A stretch of DNA of 64,000 nt from the NCBI GenBank assembly GCA_049412325.1, contig JBMSEL010000007.1:4626-68625 (forward strand), in the 5' to 3' direction. The notes below the pieces were generated by a model. It saw only the letters and a program-made list of their open reading frames with translations. It searched no databases and was not told where the DNA came from. The translations under genes and the position numbers were made by a program. Within the stretch, counting starts at the first letter, position 1. The number at the start of each line of letters is the position of its first letter. This stretch comes from Poseidonia sp. Lineage in GTDB: Archaea > Thermoplasmatota > Poseidoniia > Poseidoniales > Poseidoniaceae. This document shows positions 1-9,283 of the stretch, piece after piece.

Positions 1-1
1 C

Positions 2-73
2 GAAGACGGTGACATCAACGTCGACGACGGCGTGGTCGATGCCGACTTCGAAGTCGTTGAAGACGAGGACTGA
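2..73 (+). CDS. 3' end of an upstream gene; the product ends in an acidic tail (...DGDINVDDGVVDADFEVVEDED*)
   Basis: In-frame translation of the window start runs to a TGA at 71-73. Only 23 codons are visible. Confidence 0.3.
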   Translation, partial: EDGDINVDDGVVDADFEVVEDED

Positions 74-96
74 ACCCGAGCCTGAGCCCCAAGCGC

Positions 97-1725
97 TTGG
101 CTTATGGGGAAGAGGTCGGTGGACGGCGTATGAGCGAAGTCCCCATCCTCAAGGAGACGACGCGAACGACCGGTCGTGAAGCCCTTCGCAACAACATCAC
201 GGCCGCCATGGCCCTTGCAGGGGCAGTGCGGACCACGCTAGGGCCACTGGGACAGGACAAGTTGCTCATCGACGACGAGGGGCGGACGATGGTCACCAAC
301 GATGGGGTCACCGTCCTTGAATCGGCCAAAGTTGAACATCCGGTGGCTCGCATGCTCATCAACGCCTCCACCACCCAAGACCGAATCGCTCGGGACGGGA
401 CGACCAGCGCCGTGCTCTTTTCTGCAGAATTGTTGCAGAATGCTTGGGAGTTGGTGCTGCAGGGCGTCCACCCTTCGGCCATCGCACGAGGTTATCGTCT
501 CGCTGAAGAGGCGTGCAGGCAACATTTCGACTCGTTGGTGATCGATGCAACCGGCGACCAAATGTTGGCCGCGGCCAAGACCTCGCTCTCTGGAAAGATT
601 CACCGGGCCATGCAACAACATCTCGCTGGCCTCGCCATCGAGGCTGCCCAAGCGGTGGTGGAAGAGCGCCCAGACGGCCCCCTTGCCGACCCAACCCGCG
701 TGAAAATCCTCACGCAAACGGGTGGAAGCATGACGGATTCATCGCTCGTCACCGGTTTGGTGTTGGCCAAAAAAAGAGTCACAGACCGCATGCCAAAGTC
801 GCTGACATCGGGTAAGGTTGCACTGGTTGACGGTGGCCTTGAACGGCGAGAGATGATGAGCAATCTCAAGCTCAATGTCGCCAACACCGGCGTGTTGGAA
901 AGCTTCCGCCAGCAAGAAAAAACGATGCTCCTTGACCAAATCAACCATCTTGTTGACCTCGGAGTTACGCTCCTCGCCTGCAAGGAGGGGATCGACGACG
1001 ACGTTCACGCAGCCCTCGCCGACGCTGGCATCCAGGCCTACCGTCGCGTGGCTCGTTCTGACCTTGATCTGTTGGCTCGAGGAACAAACGCTACCCTGAA
1101 CAACGACGTCAAAGGGCTCACCGCTTCTGATTTAGGCGTGTTCATCGCCAGCCGAAACGAACGGTGGAACGGCGTCATGCACTGGATTGTCGAAACCGAA
1201 GAGGGCGGAGCGACCTTCATTGCGAAGGGTTCAACCAACGAAACCGTGGGCGAAGTTGAACGATGTTTTGCAGACGCCCTCGGTGTGGCATGTCAACTGC
1301 TTGAAGAGCCGTACCTGCTGGCTGGTGGTGGTGCAACACAAATCGCTCTCGCTCGGCACCTGCGGCGCTTTGCCGAAGGGTTCGCTGGTCGCGAGCAATT
1401 GGCCATCGAAGCCTTCGCTGATGCGCTTGAAATCATTCCACGCACCCTCGCCCAAAACGCGGGTCTTGACCCGTTGGATTCCCTCTTACAGACAGTGGCC
1501 AAGCAAAGCACGCACGATGGTCCAGACGCCCACCACATCGGCCTGAACGTGGAAGAGAAAGTCCCCTCAAGCATGGTGGACGACGGTATTGTTGAACCAT
1601 TACGCATCACCCGCCAGGTGCTTGCTGGCGCCACCGAAGCGGCGCTTTCCGTCCTTCGCATCGACGATGTCTTGTGGGCCAAACAAGACCCCTCGATTCC
1701 AGAAATGCCTGAAGAAGACGATTGA
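97..1725 (+). CDS. ths: Thermosome subunit (group II chaperonin, CCT/TCP-1 family). The true start may be the M at ~130 (MSEVPILKE...).
   Basis: 542-aa ORF with ILKEGT-like N-terminus, an (R)DGTTS ATP-binding motif and a VEPLRI...RIDDV C-terminus. Full-length chaperonin architecture. Confidence 0.9.
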   Translation: MAYGEEVGGRRMSEVPILKETTRTTGREALRNNITAAMALAGAVRTTLGPLGQDKLLIDDEGRTMVTNDGVTVLESAKVEHPVARMLINASTTQDRIARDGTTSAVLFSAELLQNAWELVLQGVHPSAIARGYRLAEEACRQHFDSLVIDATGDQMLAAAKTSLSGKIHRAMQQHLAGLAIEAAQAVVEERPDGPLADPTRVKILTQTGGSMTDSSLVTGLVLAKKRVTDRMPKSLTSGKVALVDGGLERREMMSNLKLNVANTGVLESFRQQEKTMLLDQINHLVDLGVTLLACKEGIDDDVHAALADAGIQAYRRVARSDLDLLARGTNATLNNDVKGLTASDLGVFIASRNERWNGVMHWIVETEEGGATFIAKGSTNETVGEVERCFADALGVACQLLEEPYLLAGGGATQIALARHLRRFAEGFAGREQLAIEAFADALEIIPRTLAQNAGLDPLDSLLQTVAKQSTHDGPDAHHIGLNVEEKVPSSMVDDGIVEPLRITRQVLAGATEAALSVLRIDDVLWAKQDPSIPEMPEEDD

Positions 1726-3350
1726 TGGGCCCGTGGCTGAAACCTTCCCTTCATATACTGAAGGTCAGAGCAACAAAGGTGCCCGTAGAAAGTAACAGCC
1801 CTGTCGGCATTGACGACATAGCGATTCATTTTCCTCGCTTGTACATGGACATGAAGGATTTCGCTGACCTTCGCGGAGCGGACTACGGCAAACTCAGCAA
1901 AGGCCTCGGGCTTGAAGCGATGGCCATCCCCGATGTCCATGAAGACACCGCCACGATGGGCGCCATGGCCGTGATGCAACTCATCGACCGAAACGGCCTC
2001 GACCCGAGGACCATCGGCCGCATGTACCTCGGCACCGAATCCGCTCTCGACGGGGCAAAGCCCACTGCGACCTACATCGTGGACATGCTCACTCAACGCT
2101 ACGCCGAGCGCTTTGGTGAAGACTGCTTCCGTACCTGCGACGTCGTCGACATGACCTTTGCATGCATTGGCGCTGTTGACGCCCTCCACACCACGCTGGA
2201 CTGGGTGGCGCGATCGAGTGAAAACGATGAGCGCCTTGGTATCGTGATCTTCTCTGACAACGCCAAGTACGCCTTGGAATCCTCCGGTGAATACACGCAG
2301 GGAGCAGGCGGCGGCGCCTTGCTCATTCGACGCAACCCTCGATTGCTCGAAATCCCCGACTGCATCGGCGTCTCGACCACACCGGTTCACGATTTCTTCA
2401 AACCCCGCCGAGAGGTATCCATTCGTTCCGTGATCTCCAACGTGATTCAGCTCGCCCAAGAAGCCGGTCAAACCGTCAAGAAAGGCCTCGTTGAGCGCAT
2501 GATCCGTCATCTGCCCAAATCCACCGTCAGGAAACTCGGCATCTTTGCGCACGGAGAGGAAAAGGTCAGCGTCCACCGAGACGACCCTATCTTTGATGGA
2601 CAATTCTCCAACCTGTGCTACCAAAACGCTGTTCGCCAAGCTTTCTTTGATTTTAGTAACAAAGCCGAGCGAGCGGGACGCATTGAGCCGAAGACGGACG
2701 ACCCCTTTACGCAGCAGTGGTCTCGCATCATCATGCATTTACCCTACGCCTACCAAGCCAAGCGAATGTTCCCTGACGTGTTCCGCCATGACCGTGAGCA
2801 CACGGCGATGTGGGACGATGTTGTGTCCGAGATCGGCCCCATGCCCGAACGCCCAGCCACCGAAGATGAAGAGTCGCTGGCCGCTTGGGAAAAGGAAAAG
2901 GACGCCTACCGCAGGAAGATTTCCAAAACCTCCCAGTACACCGAATTTCACGCTGAGCGCATCGAGAAAGGTCAGCGTGCGAGTAGCCTGATTGGCAACC
3001 AATACACCGGTTCCATCTTCCTGGCCTTGATGTCGACGTTCGAATCTGACCTCGAAGATAACAGCAACCTCGACAACACGTTGTTCGGTATGTGCGGTTA
3101 TGGGTCTGGAGCGAAAGCGAAAGTCTTCGAAGGCAAAGTGAATCCTCGATGGCGAGAGGTCGTGGCGACCTGGCGCTTGTTTGAACGACTTGCAGGGCGC
3201 ATGGCCATCGACCACGTGACCTACGAAAACCTCCACAAGGGAACCCAAGACAACAGCGTGATTGAGCCCAAAGGAGAATTCGCTCTCGTCGACATTGGTG
3301 AAGAAGGCGTTGAGGAAGGAGCACGCCGGTACCGGTGGATCAAGGCTTGA
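1722..3350 (+). CDS. Hydroxymethylglutaryl-CoA synthase (MvaS-like, bacterial/eukaryotic type) with a C-terminal extension
   Basis: VGIDDIAIHFP, DNAKYALESSGEYTQGAGGGALLI, GNQYTGSIFLAL and GYGSGAKA blocks align to MvaS/HMGS motifs. A catalytic-Cys region is present (TFACIGA). The start overlaps the thermosome stop, suggesting an operon. Confidence 0.8.
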   Translation: MMGPWLKPSLHILKVRATKVPVESNSPVGIDDIAIHFPRLYMDMKDFADLRGADYGKLSKGLGLEAMAIPDVHEDTATMGAMAVMQLIDRNGLDPRTIGRMYLGTESALDGAKPTATYIVDMLTQRYAERFGEDCFRTCDVVDMTFACIGAVDALHTTLDWVARSSENDERLGIVIFSDNAKYALESSGEYTQGAGGGALLIRRNPRLLEIPDCIGVSTTPVHDFFKPRREVSIRSVISNVIQLAQEAGQTVKKGLVERMIRHLPKSTVRKLGIFAHGEEKVSVHRDDPIFDGQFSNLCYQNAVRQAFFDFSNKAERAGRIEPKTDDPFTQQWSRIIMHLPYAYQAKRMFPDVFRHDREHTAMWDDVVSEIGPMPERPATEDEESLAAWEKEKDAYRRKISKTSQYTEFHAERIEKGQRASSLIGNQYTGSIFLALMSTFESDLEDNSNLDNTLFGMCGYGSGAKAKVFEGKVNPRWREVVATWRLFERLAGRMAIDHVTYENLHKGTQDNSVIEPKGEFALVDIGEEGVEEGARRYRWIKA

Positions 3351-3353
3351 GCC

Positions 3354-4406
3354 TTAGAAATCAAGCACGACTTTGCCGCAGTTTCCATCCATGGCCAATT
3401 GGACGGCTTGTTCGAACTCGTCAATTCCCATGCGATGGGTGACGACTTTGTCCACGTCGATGAGGCCGCGTTCCAGCAAATCGTGCATGGTGTCCCATGT
3501 TGACCACATCTTTCTCCCGTTGATGCCTTTGAGATGCAAATAGCGGAACACGACCTCGTTCATGGGAACCTCAGGAGCGCCGCCGCCGTACACGGACAGG
3601 ACGTTGACATAGCCTCCCATACGGGTGGAATAAATGGCGTTGGAAAGTGCTGAGGCAGCCCCTGAAAACTCGCAGCTGTTGTCCACGCCGCGCCCGCCGG
3701 TAGCCTCGAGGATGCTGCCGACCACGTCGTCGTCTTTTCCAAGCACCAGGTCGGCGCCGAGTTCTTTGGCAAGCGTCATTCGGTAGGTGTTGTCCCAATC
3801 CACAGCGATGACCTTGGCAGCGCCCATGGCTTTGGCGGCGTTCACAGCAAACAATCCAATGGGACCGAGGCCGTGAACAGCAACGGTTGCCCCCTCTACG
3901 GGGCCGCCCGTCAACGTGTGAATGGCGTTGCCTAACGGGTCCTGAATGGAAGCATGCCCGGGATCGAGCCCTGCGGGTACATGACGAGCGTTGACGGCAG
4001 GGACCACAAAGTAAGGGGCAAAGGCACCGTGGCCGTGGACGCCGAAGATTGAACCGTTCTCGCACACATGGGCGTTTCCTTCGTCGCAACGTGGGCAATT
4101 CCAGCAGGCAAGATGGCACTCAACGGCGATGAGGTCGCCGACCTTGTGAGATGAGACCCCTTCACCGACGGCCACGACCGTCCCGCTGGTTTCGTGCCCG
4201 GTGACGGTGCCGAGCGGAACGTTGTCCTGGCTCCATTGGTCCCATTTCCAGATGTGAATGTCCGTGCCACAAACCGAAGTGGACTGGGTCTTGATGAGCA
4301 CTTCGCCAGCAGCCGGCGTCGGCACGGCGTGTTCCTCCTTGGAAAAGCCACCAACCTCGGCGCGGGTCTTGGTCCACGCCATCATGATTGTCGGTATCGA
4401 TGCCAT
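3354..4406 (-). CDS. tdh: L-threonine 3-dehydrogenase (Zn-dependent MDR family). The start is possibly the internal M at ~4382.
   Basis: CGTDIHIWKWDQWSQ, GHETSGTVVAVG, a structural-Zn Cys cluster (CHLACWNCPRCDEGNAHVC) and a GLGPIG Rossmann motif. End-to-end similarity to E. coli Tdh. Confidence 0.85.
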   Translation of the reverse strand: MASIPTIMMAWTKTRAEVGGFSKEEHAVPTPAAGEVLIKTQSTSVCGTDIHIWKWDQWSQDNVPLGTVTGHETSGTVVAVGEGVSSHKVGDLIAVECHLACWNCPRCDEGNAHVCENGSIFGVHGHGAFAPYFVVPAVNARHVPAGLDPGHASIQDPLGNAIHTLTGGPVEGATVAVHGLGPIGLFAVNAAKAMGAAKVIAVDWDNTYRMTLAKELGADLVLGKDDDVVGSILEATGGRGVDNSCEFSGAASALSNAIYSTRMGGYVNVLSVYGGGAPEVPMNEVVFRYLHLKGINGRKMWSTWDTMHDLLERGLIDVDKVVTHRMGIDEFEQAVQLAMDGNCGKVVLDF

Positions 4407-4539
4407 GGCCCGCCCTCGGTGTATTGTTCGTCGGACCCCTTTTCATCCTTCGCTCACCATGACTTGGAGAACATTTGTCGAGAAGTTTCGGTATGTTGAT
4501 TAGGTAGGCGCGACGGCCTAAAAGCCCGTTGATGTTGCA

Positions 4540-6171
4540 ATGAAGTACGTCGTGGTGAGCGGGGGGGTCCTCTCAGGACTCGGAAAAGGCGTCACCGCCA
4601 GCAGCATCGGGGTGCTGCTCAAAGCCGCTGGACTGCGTGTCACTTCCATCAAAATCGACCCCTACCTGAACAGCGATGCTGGGACGATGTCACCGTTTGA
4701 ACACGGTGAAGTCTTCGTGCTCGATGACGGTGGTGAGGTTGACCTTGACCTGGGCAATTATGAACGCTTCCTTGACATCAACCTCTCCAAAGACAACAAC
4801 CTGACGACCGGCAAAATCTACGCCAAGGTCATCGAAGCCGAGCGTCGAGGCGATTACCTCGGGAAGACGGTGCAGGTGATTCCGCACATCACCGATGCCG
4901 TTCAAGATTGGATTGAGGATGTGGCAGCACGACCGGCCGATGGTAGTGAAGAAACACCCGATGCCTGCATCATCGAACTTGGTGGTACGGTAGGCGATAT
5001 TGAATCATCGCCGTACGTGGAGGCACTCCGCCAATTCCAGTTCCGAGTTGGGCGCGAGAATGTCACCTTCGTCCATGTTTCGCTGGTTCCTGTCCTTGGC
5101 CCCGTGGGTGAACAGAAAACCAAACCCACGCAACACACGGTCAAGGAACTGCGTGGGTTGGGCATCACGCCTGACATCCTCGTTTGCCGCTCCTCCTCGC
5201 CGCTCAACGAGGAAACCCGCAACAAGCTCGCAGCGTTTTGCCACGTCAAGCCCGAGGCCGTCATGTCGACCCACGACGTGCCCAACATCTACCACGTGCC
5301 GTTGATGCTTCAGGAACAAGGTTTGTGCGACATCCTCGGCGTTGACTGTTCCGCTACAGGGATGTTGGAGGAATGGAAAGCCATGGCCTACCACCTCGAC
5401 ACCTTGACCGAAGAAGTTCACATCGCGATGGTCGGGAAGTACACCGATCTTTCCGACGCCTACCTCTCCGTCATCAAAAGCCTGCAGCACGCCGCCATGG
5501 CCGTGGACCGAAAACTCGTGATCGACTGGATTGAGGCCAGCCACCTTGAGGACGGCTGGGACACCGACGAGCACAACATGGCCTGGACCATCCTCCGTGA
5601 TGCGGATGGCGTCTTGGTTCCCGGTGGGTTCGGGGACCGCGGCATCGAGGGAAAAATCAAGGCCGCGCACTATGCACGAACCGAAAGCGTCCCCTACCTC
5701 GGCATTTGCCTCGGGTTGCAAATCGCCACGATTGAATTTTGCAGAAACGTCTTGGGCATGACAGGAGCGAACTCCACCGAGTTTGAGGACAACCCCGAAC
5801 ACGCCGCCGTCATCTTCATGCCTGAAATCTCGAAAACACACCTCGGCGGCACGATGCGACTGGGGAGCCGACCGACCCTTTGGCAGCACGACGGTTCAAC
5901 CATTCGAGGCTTGTATGGTTCAGGGGAAGCGGTGGACGAGCGTCACCGGCACCGCTACGAAGTCAACCCCGACCTCATCGAACGCATCGAAGAAGCCGGG
6001 CTTGTCTTTGTTGGAAAGGACGAGTCGGGCCAACGGTGCGAAATTTTCGAACTCAACGACCACCCGTACTATGTTGGCGTCCAGTTCCACCCCGAATTCA
6101 AATCACGGCCCGGCAAGCCAAGCCCACCGTTCCTTGGCCTGCTGAAGGCTGCTTCAGGCCAATTGAACTAA
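4540..6171 (+). CDS. pyrG: CTP synthase
   Basis: N-terminal [16 protein letters not shown], a C-terminal GATase domain with GICLGLQ and HRHRYEVN. Length 543 aa. Confidence 0.95.
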   Translation: MKYVVVSGGVLSGLGKGVTASSIGVLLKAAGLRVTSIKIDPYLNSDAGTMSPFEHGEVFVLDDGGEVDLDLGNYERFLDINLSKDNNLTTGKIYAKVIEAERRGDYLGKTVQVIPHITDAVQDWIEDVAARPADGSEETPDACIIELGGTVGDIESSPYVEALRQFQFRVGRENVTFVHVSLVPVLGPVGEQKTKPTQHTVKELRGLGITPDILVCRSSSPLNEETRNKLAAFCHVKPEAVMSTHDVPNIYHVPLMLQEQGLCDILGVDCSATGMLEEWKAMAYHLDTLTEEVHIAMVGKYTDLSDAYLSVIKSLQHAAMAVDRKLVIDWIEASHLEDGWDTDEHNMAWTILRDADGVLVPGGFGDRGIEGKIKAAHYARTESVPYLGICLGLQIATIEFCRNVLGMTGANSTEFEDNPEHAAVIFMPEISKTHLGGTMRLGSRPTLWQHDGSTIRGLYGSGEAVDERHRHRYEVNPDLIERIEEAGLVFVGKDESGQRCEIFELNDHPYYVGVQFHPEFKSRPGKPSPPFLGLLKAASGQLN

Positions 6172-6701
6172 TCGACCAGCGCATGGCCAATGAGCAACAA
6201 CGCCACCGCCAAGACGGACATGGCTCGCTGCATGTGCAACAAACGAGATGCCTTCCGAATCTGTCGAGGAGGCGTTTTCCACATCATGAGCCCGCCGCTG
6301 ACCACCAACAACCAGAGGAAGAGCATCGCCACCCACAGCGTCCAATGCCACTCCAGGACATAGCCGTGAACCGTCCCAAGAACAACCGCCCCTAATCCAA
6401 TCCAAACATGGACCCGCATGAAGCGCCGGTTGAAGACACCGAGTTTCTTCTTGAACGGTCGGGCCTCAACACCAAAGCGTTCCGGGCCGTTGGTTCGCAG
6501 CCACTTGAACAACGGTTTCCACACCACGATCAGCAAGGTACCGACCATCAGCCATTGGGCCACTTCGCCCAGGCCCTCTGCGTCCAACCCGAACACTTGA
6601 GCCTCGTCGTCCTCCTCATCATCAACATCACCATCGGCGGATGCGACGGTCATCGGGACGAGAAGGAAAAGAACCACCAAGAGAGCCCTGAGATTGGCCA
6701 T
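6168..6701 (-). CDS. Hypothetical membrane protein (signal/TM N-terminus, acidic stretch, ~4 TM helices). The ORF is trimmed to the internal M.
   Basis: Hydrophobic segments [28 protein letters not shown] and [16 protein letters not shown]. No recognisable domain. Overlaps the pyrG stop convergently. Confidence 0.45.
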   Translation of the reverse strand: MANLRALLVVLFLLVPMTVASADGDVDDEEDDEAQVFGLDAEGLGEVAQWLMVGTLLIVVWKPLFKWLRTNGPERFGVEARPFKKKLGVFNRRFMRVHVWIGLGAVVLGTVHGYVLEWHWTLWVAMLFLWLLVVSGGLMMWKTPPRQIRKASRLLHMQRAMSVLAVALLLIGHALVD

Positions 6702-6818
6702 GGATGGTGTGCAATGACACTCCTGCTTAATGCATACGGATTCACGGTGAAGTTTCAAAGGTGGACGAGGAAGTTCTCGACCATGCTGAGGCGAGTCAGT
6801 GGCATGGAGTGATTCCGG

Positions 6819-7532
6819 TCAAACCCCTGATTGAAGCCACGCCTCGACAAGCCCGGGAAGCAACTCGCCGGCCTTGCCCAGATGAACCTCATCAAACGCT
6901 TCGACATTGAGCGGAGCCTCGGCGTTAACCAGCACGGTACGCGCCCCGTTGGCTTTGGCGATGTGAACAAGGTCGGCGGCCGGGTAGACATGGCCCGAGC
7001 TTCCCACCACCACGAACACCTCGCATGCATCCACAGCCGTGTAAATGGCTTCCATGTGCATCGGCATTTCACCGAACCAAACGATGTCTGGGCGAAGACG
7101 TGCGGGTTCGCTGCAGCACGAGCAGAGCAGAAAGTCATCGACGAGGTCACCGTCGTTCATTCGCACCTCGCTTCGTCCGCTCGCTTCGCAACGCAGTGTC
7201 TCAAGTTGACCGTGCATGTGAACCACATCGACACTACCTCCTCGTTCGTGAAGATCATCGACGTTCTGCGTGATGAGGGTGAAGTTGTCCAAACCGTCCG
7301 CCAGTTGTGCGAGGGCGCCATGAGCGGGGTTCGGTTTTACCTCATTGAGTTGGCGTCGGCGCGCCTGATAGAAGCGCCATACAACGGCGGGATTGGCTCG
7401 CCATGCTTCGGGTGTAGCCACGTCCTCCACCCGATGATTTTCCCACAGTCCATCGTTATCTCGAAAGGTTCGAATGCCAGATTCAGCCGATATCCCTGCT
7501 CCCGTCAACACCACAACACGTTTTCCTTGCAT
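6819..7532 (-). CDS. cobB: NAD-dependent protein deacylase, Sir2/CobB family
   Basis: GAGISAESGIRTFRD, TQNVDDLHERGG, a Zn-ribbon cysteine pair (CSCC...) and a 237-aa length typical of class III sirtuins. Confidence 0.9.
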   Translation of the reverse strand: MQGKRVVVLTGAGISAESGIRTFRDNDGLWENHRVEDVATPEAWRANPAVVWRFYQARRRQLNEVKPNPAHGALAQLADGLDNFTLITQNVDDLHERGGSVDVVHMHGQLETLRCEASGRSEVRMNDGDLVDDFLLCSCCSEPARLRPDIVWFGEMPMHMEAIYTAVDACEVFVVVGSSGHVYPAADLVHIAKANGARTVLVNAEAPLNVEAFDEVHLGKAGELLPGLVEAWLQSGV

Positions 7533-7619
7533 AACGGTGTGACCTCCTCGACGCTATTTGAAATTCACAAGAACGATTCATGTCAGCCATGTTTCACAAA
7601 ATCGGACGATGTTCTGGCC

Positions 7620-8804
7620 TCAAAGTTCAGCCACCCGAATCAAGCGTGTGGTTCGGAAGCCCTGAAGGATTTTGATGAACCGCTTGGCTTGGAACTCAGC
7701 GTCAAGATCGTCGTCGCCTGTGTCGATGCGAACCGCTTCCAAGCCAATGAGTTTGGACGGCGTGGCAACACCGAGAATGTTTCCGTGGCCGATGGCGCGG
7801 AGGACATCGGGCGAGAGTTGGAGATTCCCTCGACCGATGAGAAAACCTTGGCCGCCCATAGGCGAAAGCAACAGAAGCAATGGACGCAGACCGTCGCCGT
7901 TGGTGTGAGCGCCAATCACCTCCAACAAGCCTTGTTCGTTGAGGTCTTGATGCAATGTGCCATCGTGCTGTATGTCGATACCAAGCAGCGTCAATTCAAG
8001 GTCCAAGTGCTCTCCCATCCTACGCAGGGTCCCACCGCTCCCCCAAACGACCATGAGGTCGGGCTCGTCTTCGAGCAACGTGCTGACGTGGTGGGCCAAG
8101 CCCTCGATGGTGTCCTCTTCGCTCACGCGCTCAACCTGCTCTTTCGCGCCCTGCATGAATCGTGGCGAGGAAGGCGTCCAGGCTTCGCCGTACATGCGCA
8201 CCTTCCACTCACCCTTGGCGTACACCGTTTCGTCAAGGTCCATGACTTCGGTGATGGCCGTACGAAGGTCACCTAGCGCAAAGGCCAAGGCCACTTCAGC
8301 AGCGGCTTTCGGTGTGGTTGCAAAGCAACCCGAGTGCATTTTTACGCCGCCAGGAACGCCGATGAGGGCAATGGTTTGCGCCTCCGGACCTGCTGCTTCC
8401 AAGGCGTTCACGATGTCGCGGGTCGTCCCGTCTCCACCGGCATAGAGGATGGCTTCAACCCCCGCCGCAACAAGTTCGCTCACCAATCGAGCGGTGTCCT
8501 CGGGTACGGTGCTCGGGGGGGTTGACCCTGAAGTGACAACAGAAACATGCGCCTCGTCGGCGAGTTCGGGCACCCAGGTATCGCCCATGCGACCCTCCCA
8601 AGCCACGAGGGTCAACTGGACCCCCGAACGGTTGAGCGATGATGAGGCGAGGGTGGCCAGATGGACAAGGCACTGGTTCATGCGAGGACCTGCACGGTCT
8701 TCAGCGCCCGCCGCTCGGGCTTCTGCTGCTCGGCCATCGCTTCCCTTGAAGCCCAATTTTCCACCGAGACCCGCGTCGGGGTTGACCACCAAACCGATGC
8801 GCAT
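7620..8804 (-). CDS. ATP-NAD kinase family protein (predicted polyphosphate/ATP-NAD kinase-like, COG3199-like)
   Basis: GGDGT motif (ILYAGGDGTTRDIV), N-terminal MRIGLVVNP and a ~390-aa length. Lies immediately upstream of cobB on the same strand. Confidence 0.6.
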   Translation of the reverse strand: MRIGLVVNPDAGLGGKLGFKGSDGRAAEARAAGAEDRAGPRMNQCLVHLATLASSSLNRSGVQLTLVAWEGRMGDTWVPELADEAHVSVVTSGSTPPSTVPEDTARLVSELVAAGVEAILYAGGDGTTRDIVNALEAAGPEAQTIALIGVPGGVKMHSGCFATTPKAAAEVALAFALGDLRTAITEVMDLDETVYAKGEWKVRMYGEAWTPSSPRFMQGAKEQVERVSEEDTIEGLAHHVSTLLEDEPDLMVVWGSGGTLRRMGEHLDLELTLLGIDIQHDGTLHQDLNEQGLLEVIGAHTNGDGLRPLLLLLSPMGGQGFLIGRGNLQLSPDVLRAIGHGNILGVATPSKLIGLEAVRIDTGDDDLDAEFQAKRFIKILQGFRTTRLIRVAEL

Positions 8805-8851
8805 GGTTCACGCTGGCGACACTCCCTCAAATAGCCCTGCTTTGGCCATTC

Positions 8852-9217
8852 TTGAGCCCAATTCACCCGAGGCTTCATGAGGAAGAGGAAGGATGGTCCA
8901 ACATGAAAAGGGCACCAACCGACGAACCGAACCTTGACGACATTCTGGCCCGAGATTTTGCTGAGTTGAAGGTGGGGGAGGCCAACATCGCCTCGACCGA
9001 ACCCCCCAAAGAAGCAGAACAAAAAGCGGAGAACCCCTCCCTTCCAAAGGTGTACAATCAGCGTATTGATGCCGTGGAGGAACGAACCTCCTTTGCCGTA
9101 AAACCACCAAATTCGGCCCCCTCCGATGAAGCCTCGAAACCCACGCCTCCTGCGCCGCCGGAGGTGCTCAAATCACCCAGCGCACAACTTGGCGATGACT
9201 TCGATGTGGACTGGTAG
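8852..9217 (+). CDS. Small acidic, Pro/Glu-rich hypothetical protein ending ...LGDDFDVDW. The ORF uses a TTG start, and an ATG 17 codons in is an alternative.
   Basis: ORF only. Low-complexity composition, no recognisable domain, and a C-terminal acidic/aromatic motif. Confidence 0.35.
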   Translation: MSPIHPRLHEEEEGWSNMKRAPTDEPNLDDILARDFAELKVGEANIASTEPPKEAEQKAENPSLPKVYNQRIDAVEERTSFAVKPPNSAPSDEASKPTPPAPPEVLKSPSAQLGDDFDVDW

Positions 9218-9264
9218 AACGGTCATCAACGGCACGCTGCAAAGCGCGGGATTCATAGCGAGGT

Positions 9265-9283
9265 GGCAACCCCGTAGGGGTTG
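9265..9283 (+). promoter_or_regulatory. Perfect GC-rich palindrome CAACCCC-GTA-GGGGTTG immediately upstream of, or overlapping, the thrS start region
   Basis: 7-bp stem and 3-nt loop seen directly. Lies between the stop of the upstream small ORF and the thrS ATG. Could be a terminator hairpin or an operator. Confidence 0.4.

Noticed and set aside
1293-2738. 481-aa minus-strand ORF antisense to the thermosome/HMGS genes
   Set aside because: It fully overlaps two ORFs with strong full-length homology. The translation is R/G/S/A-rich with no motifs, typical of an antisense frame in high-GC DNA.
6819-7532. Sir2 as an anti-phage defence effector (Thoeris/DSR-like)
   Set aside because: A canonical 237-aa CobB with a Zn ribbon and the GAGIS/QNID motifs, no fused sensor domain and no partner defence genes. 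Housekeeping deacylase context.
6831-8276. 481-aa plus-strand ORF antisense to cobB and the ATP-NAD kinase gene
   Set aside because: Junk-like composition (H/R/G-rich). The minus-strand genes carry diagnostic Sir2 and GGDGT motifs.
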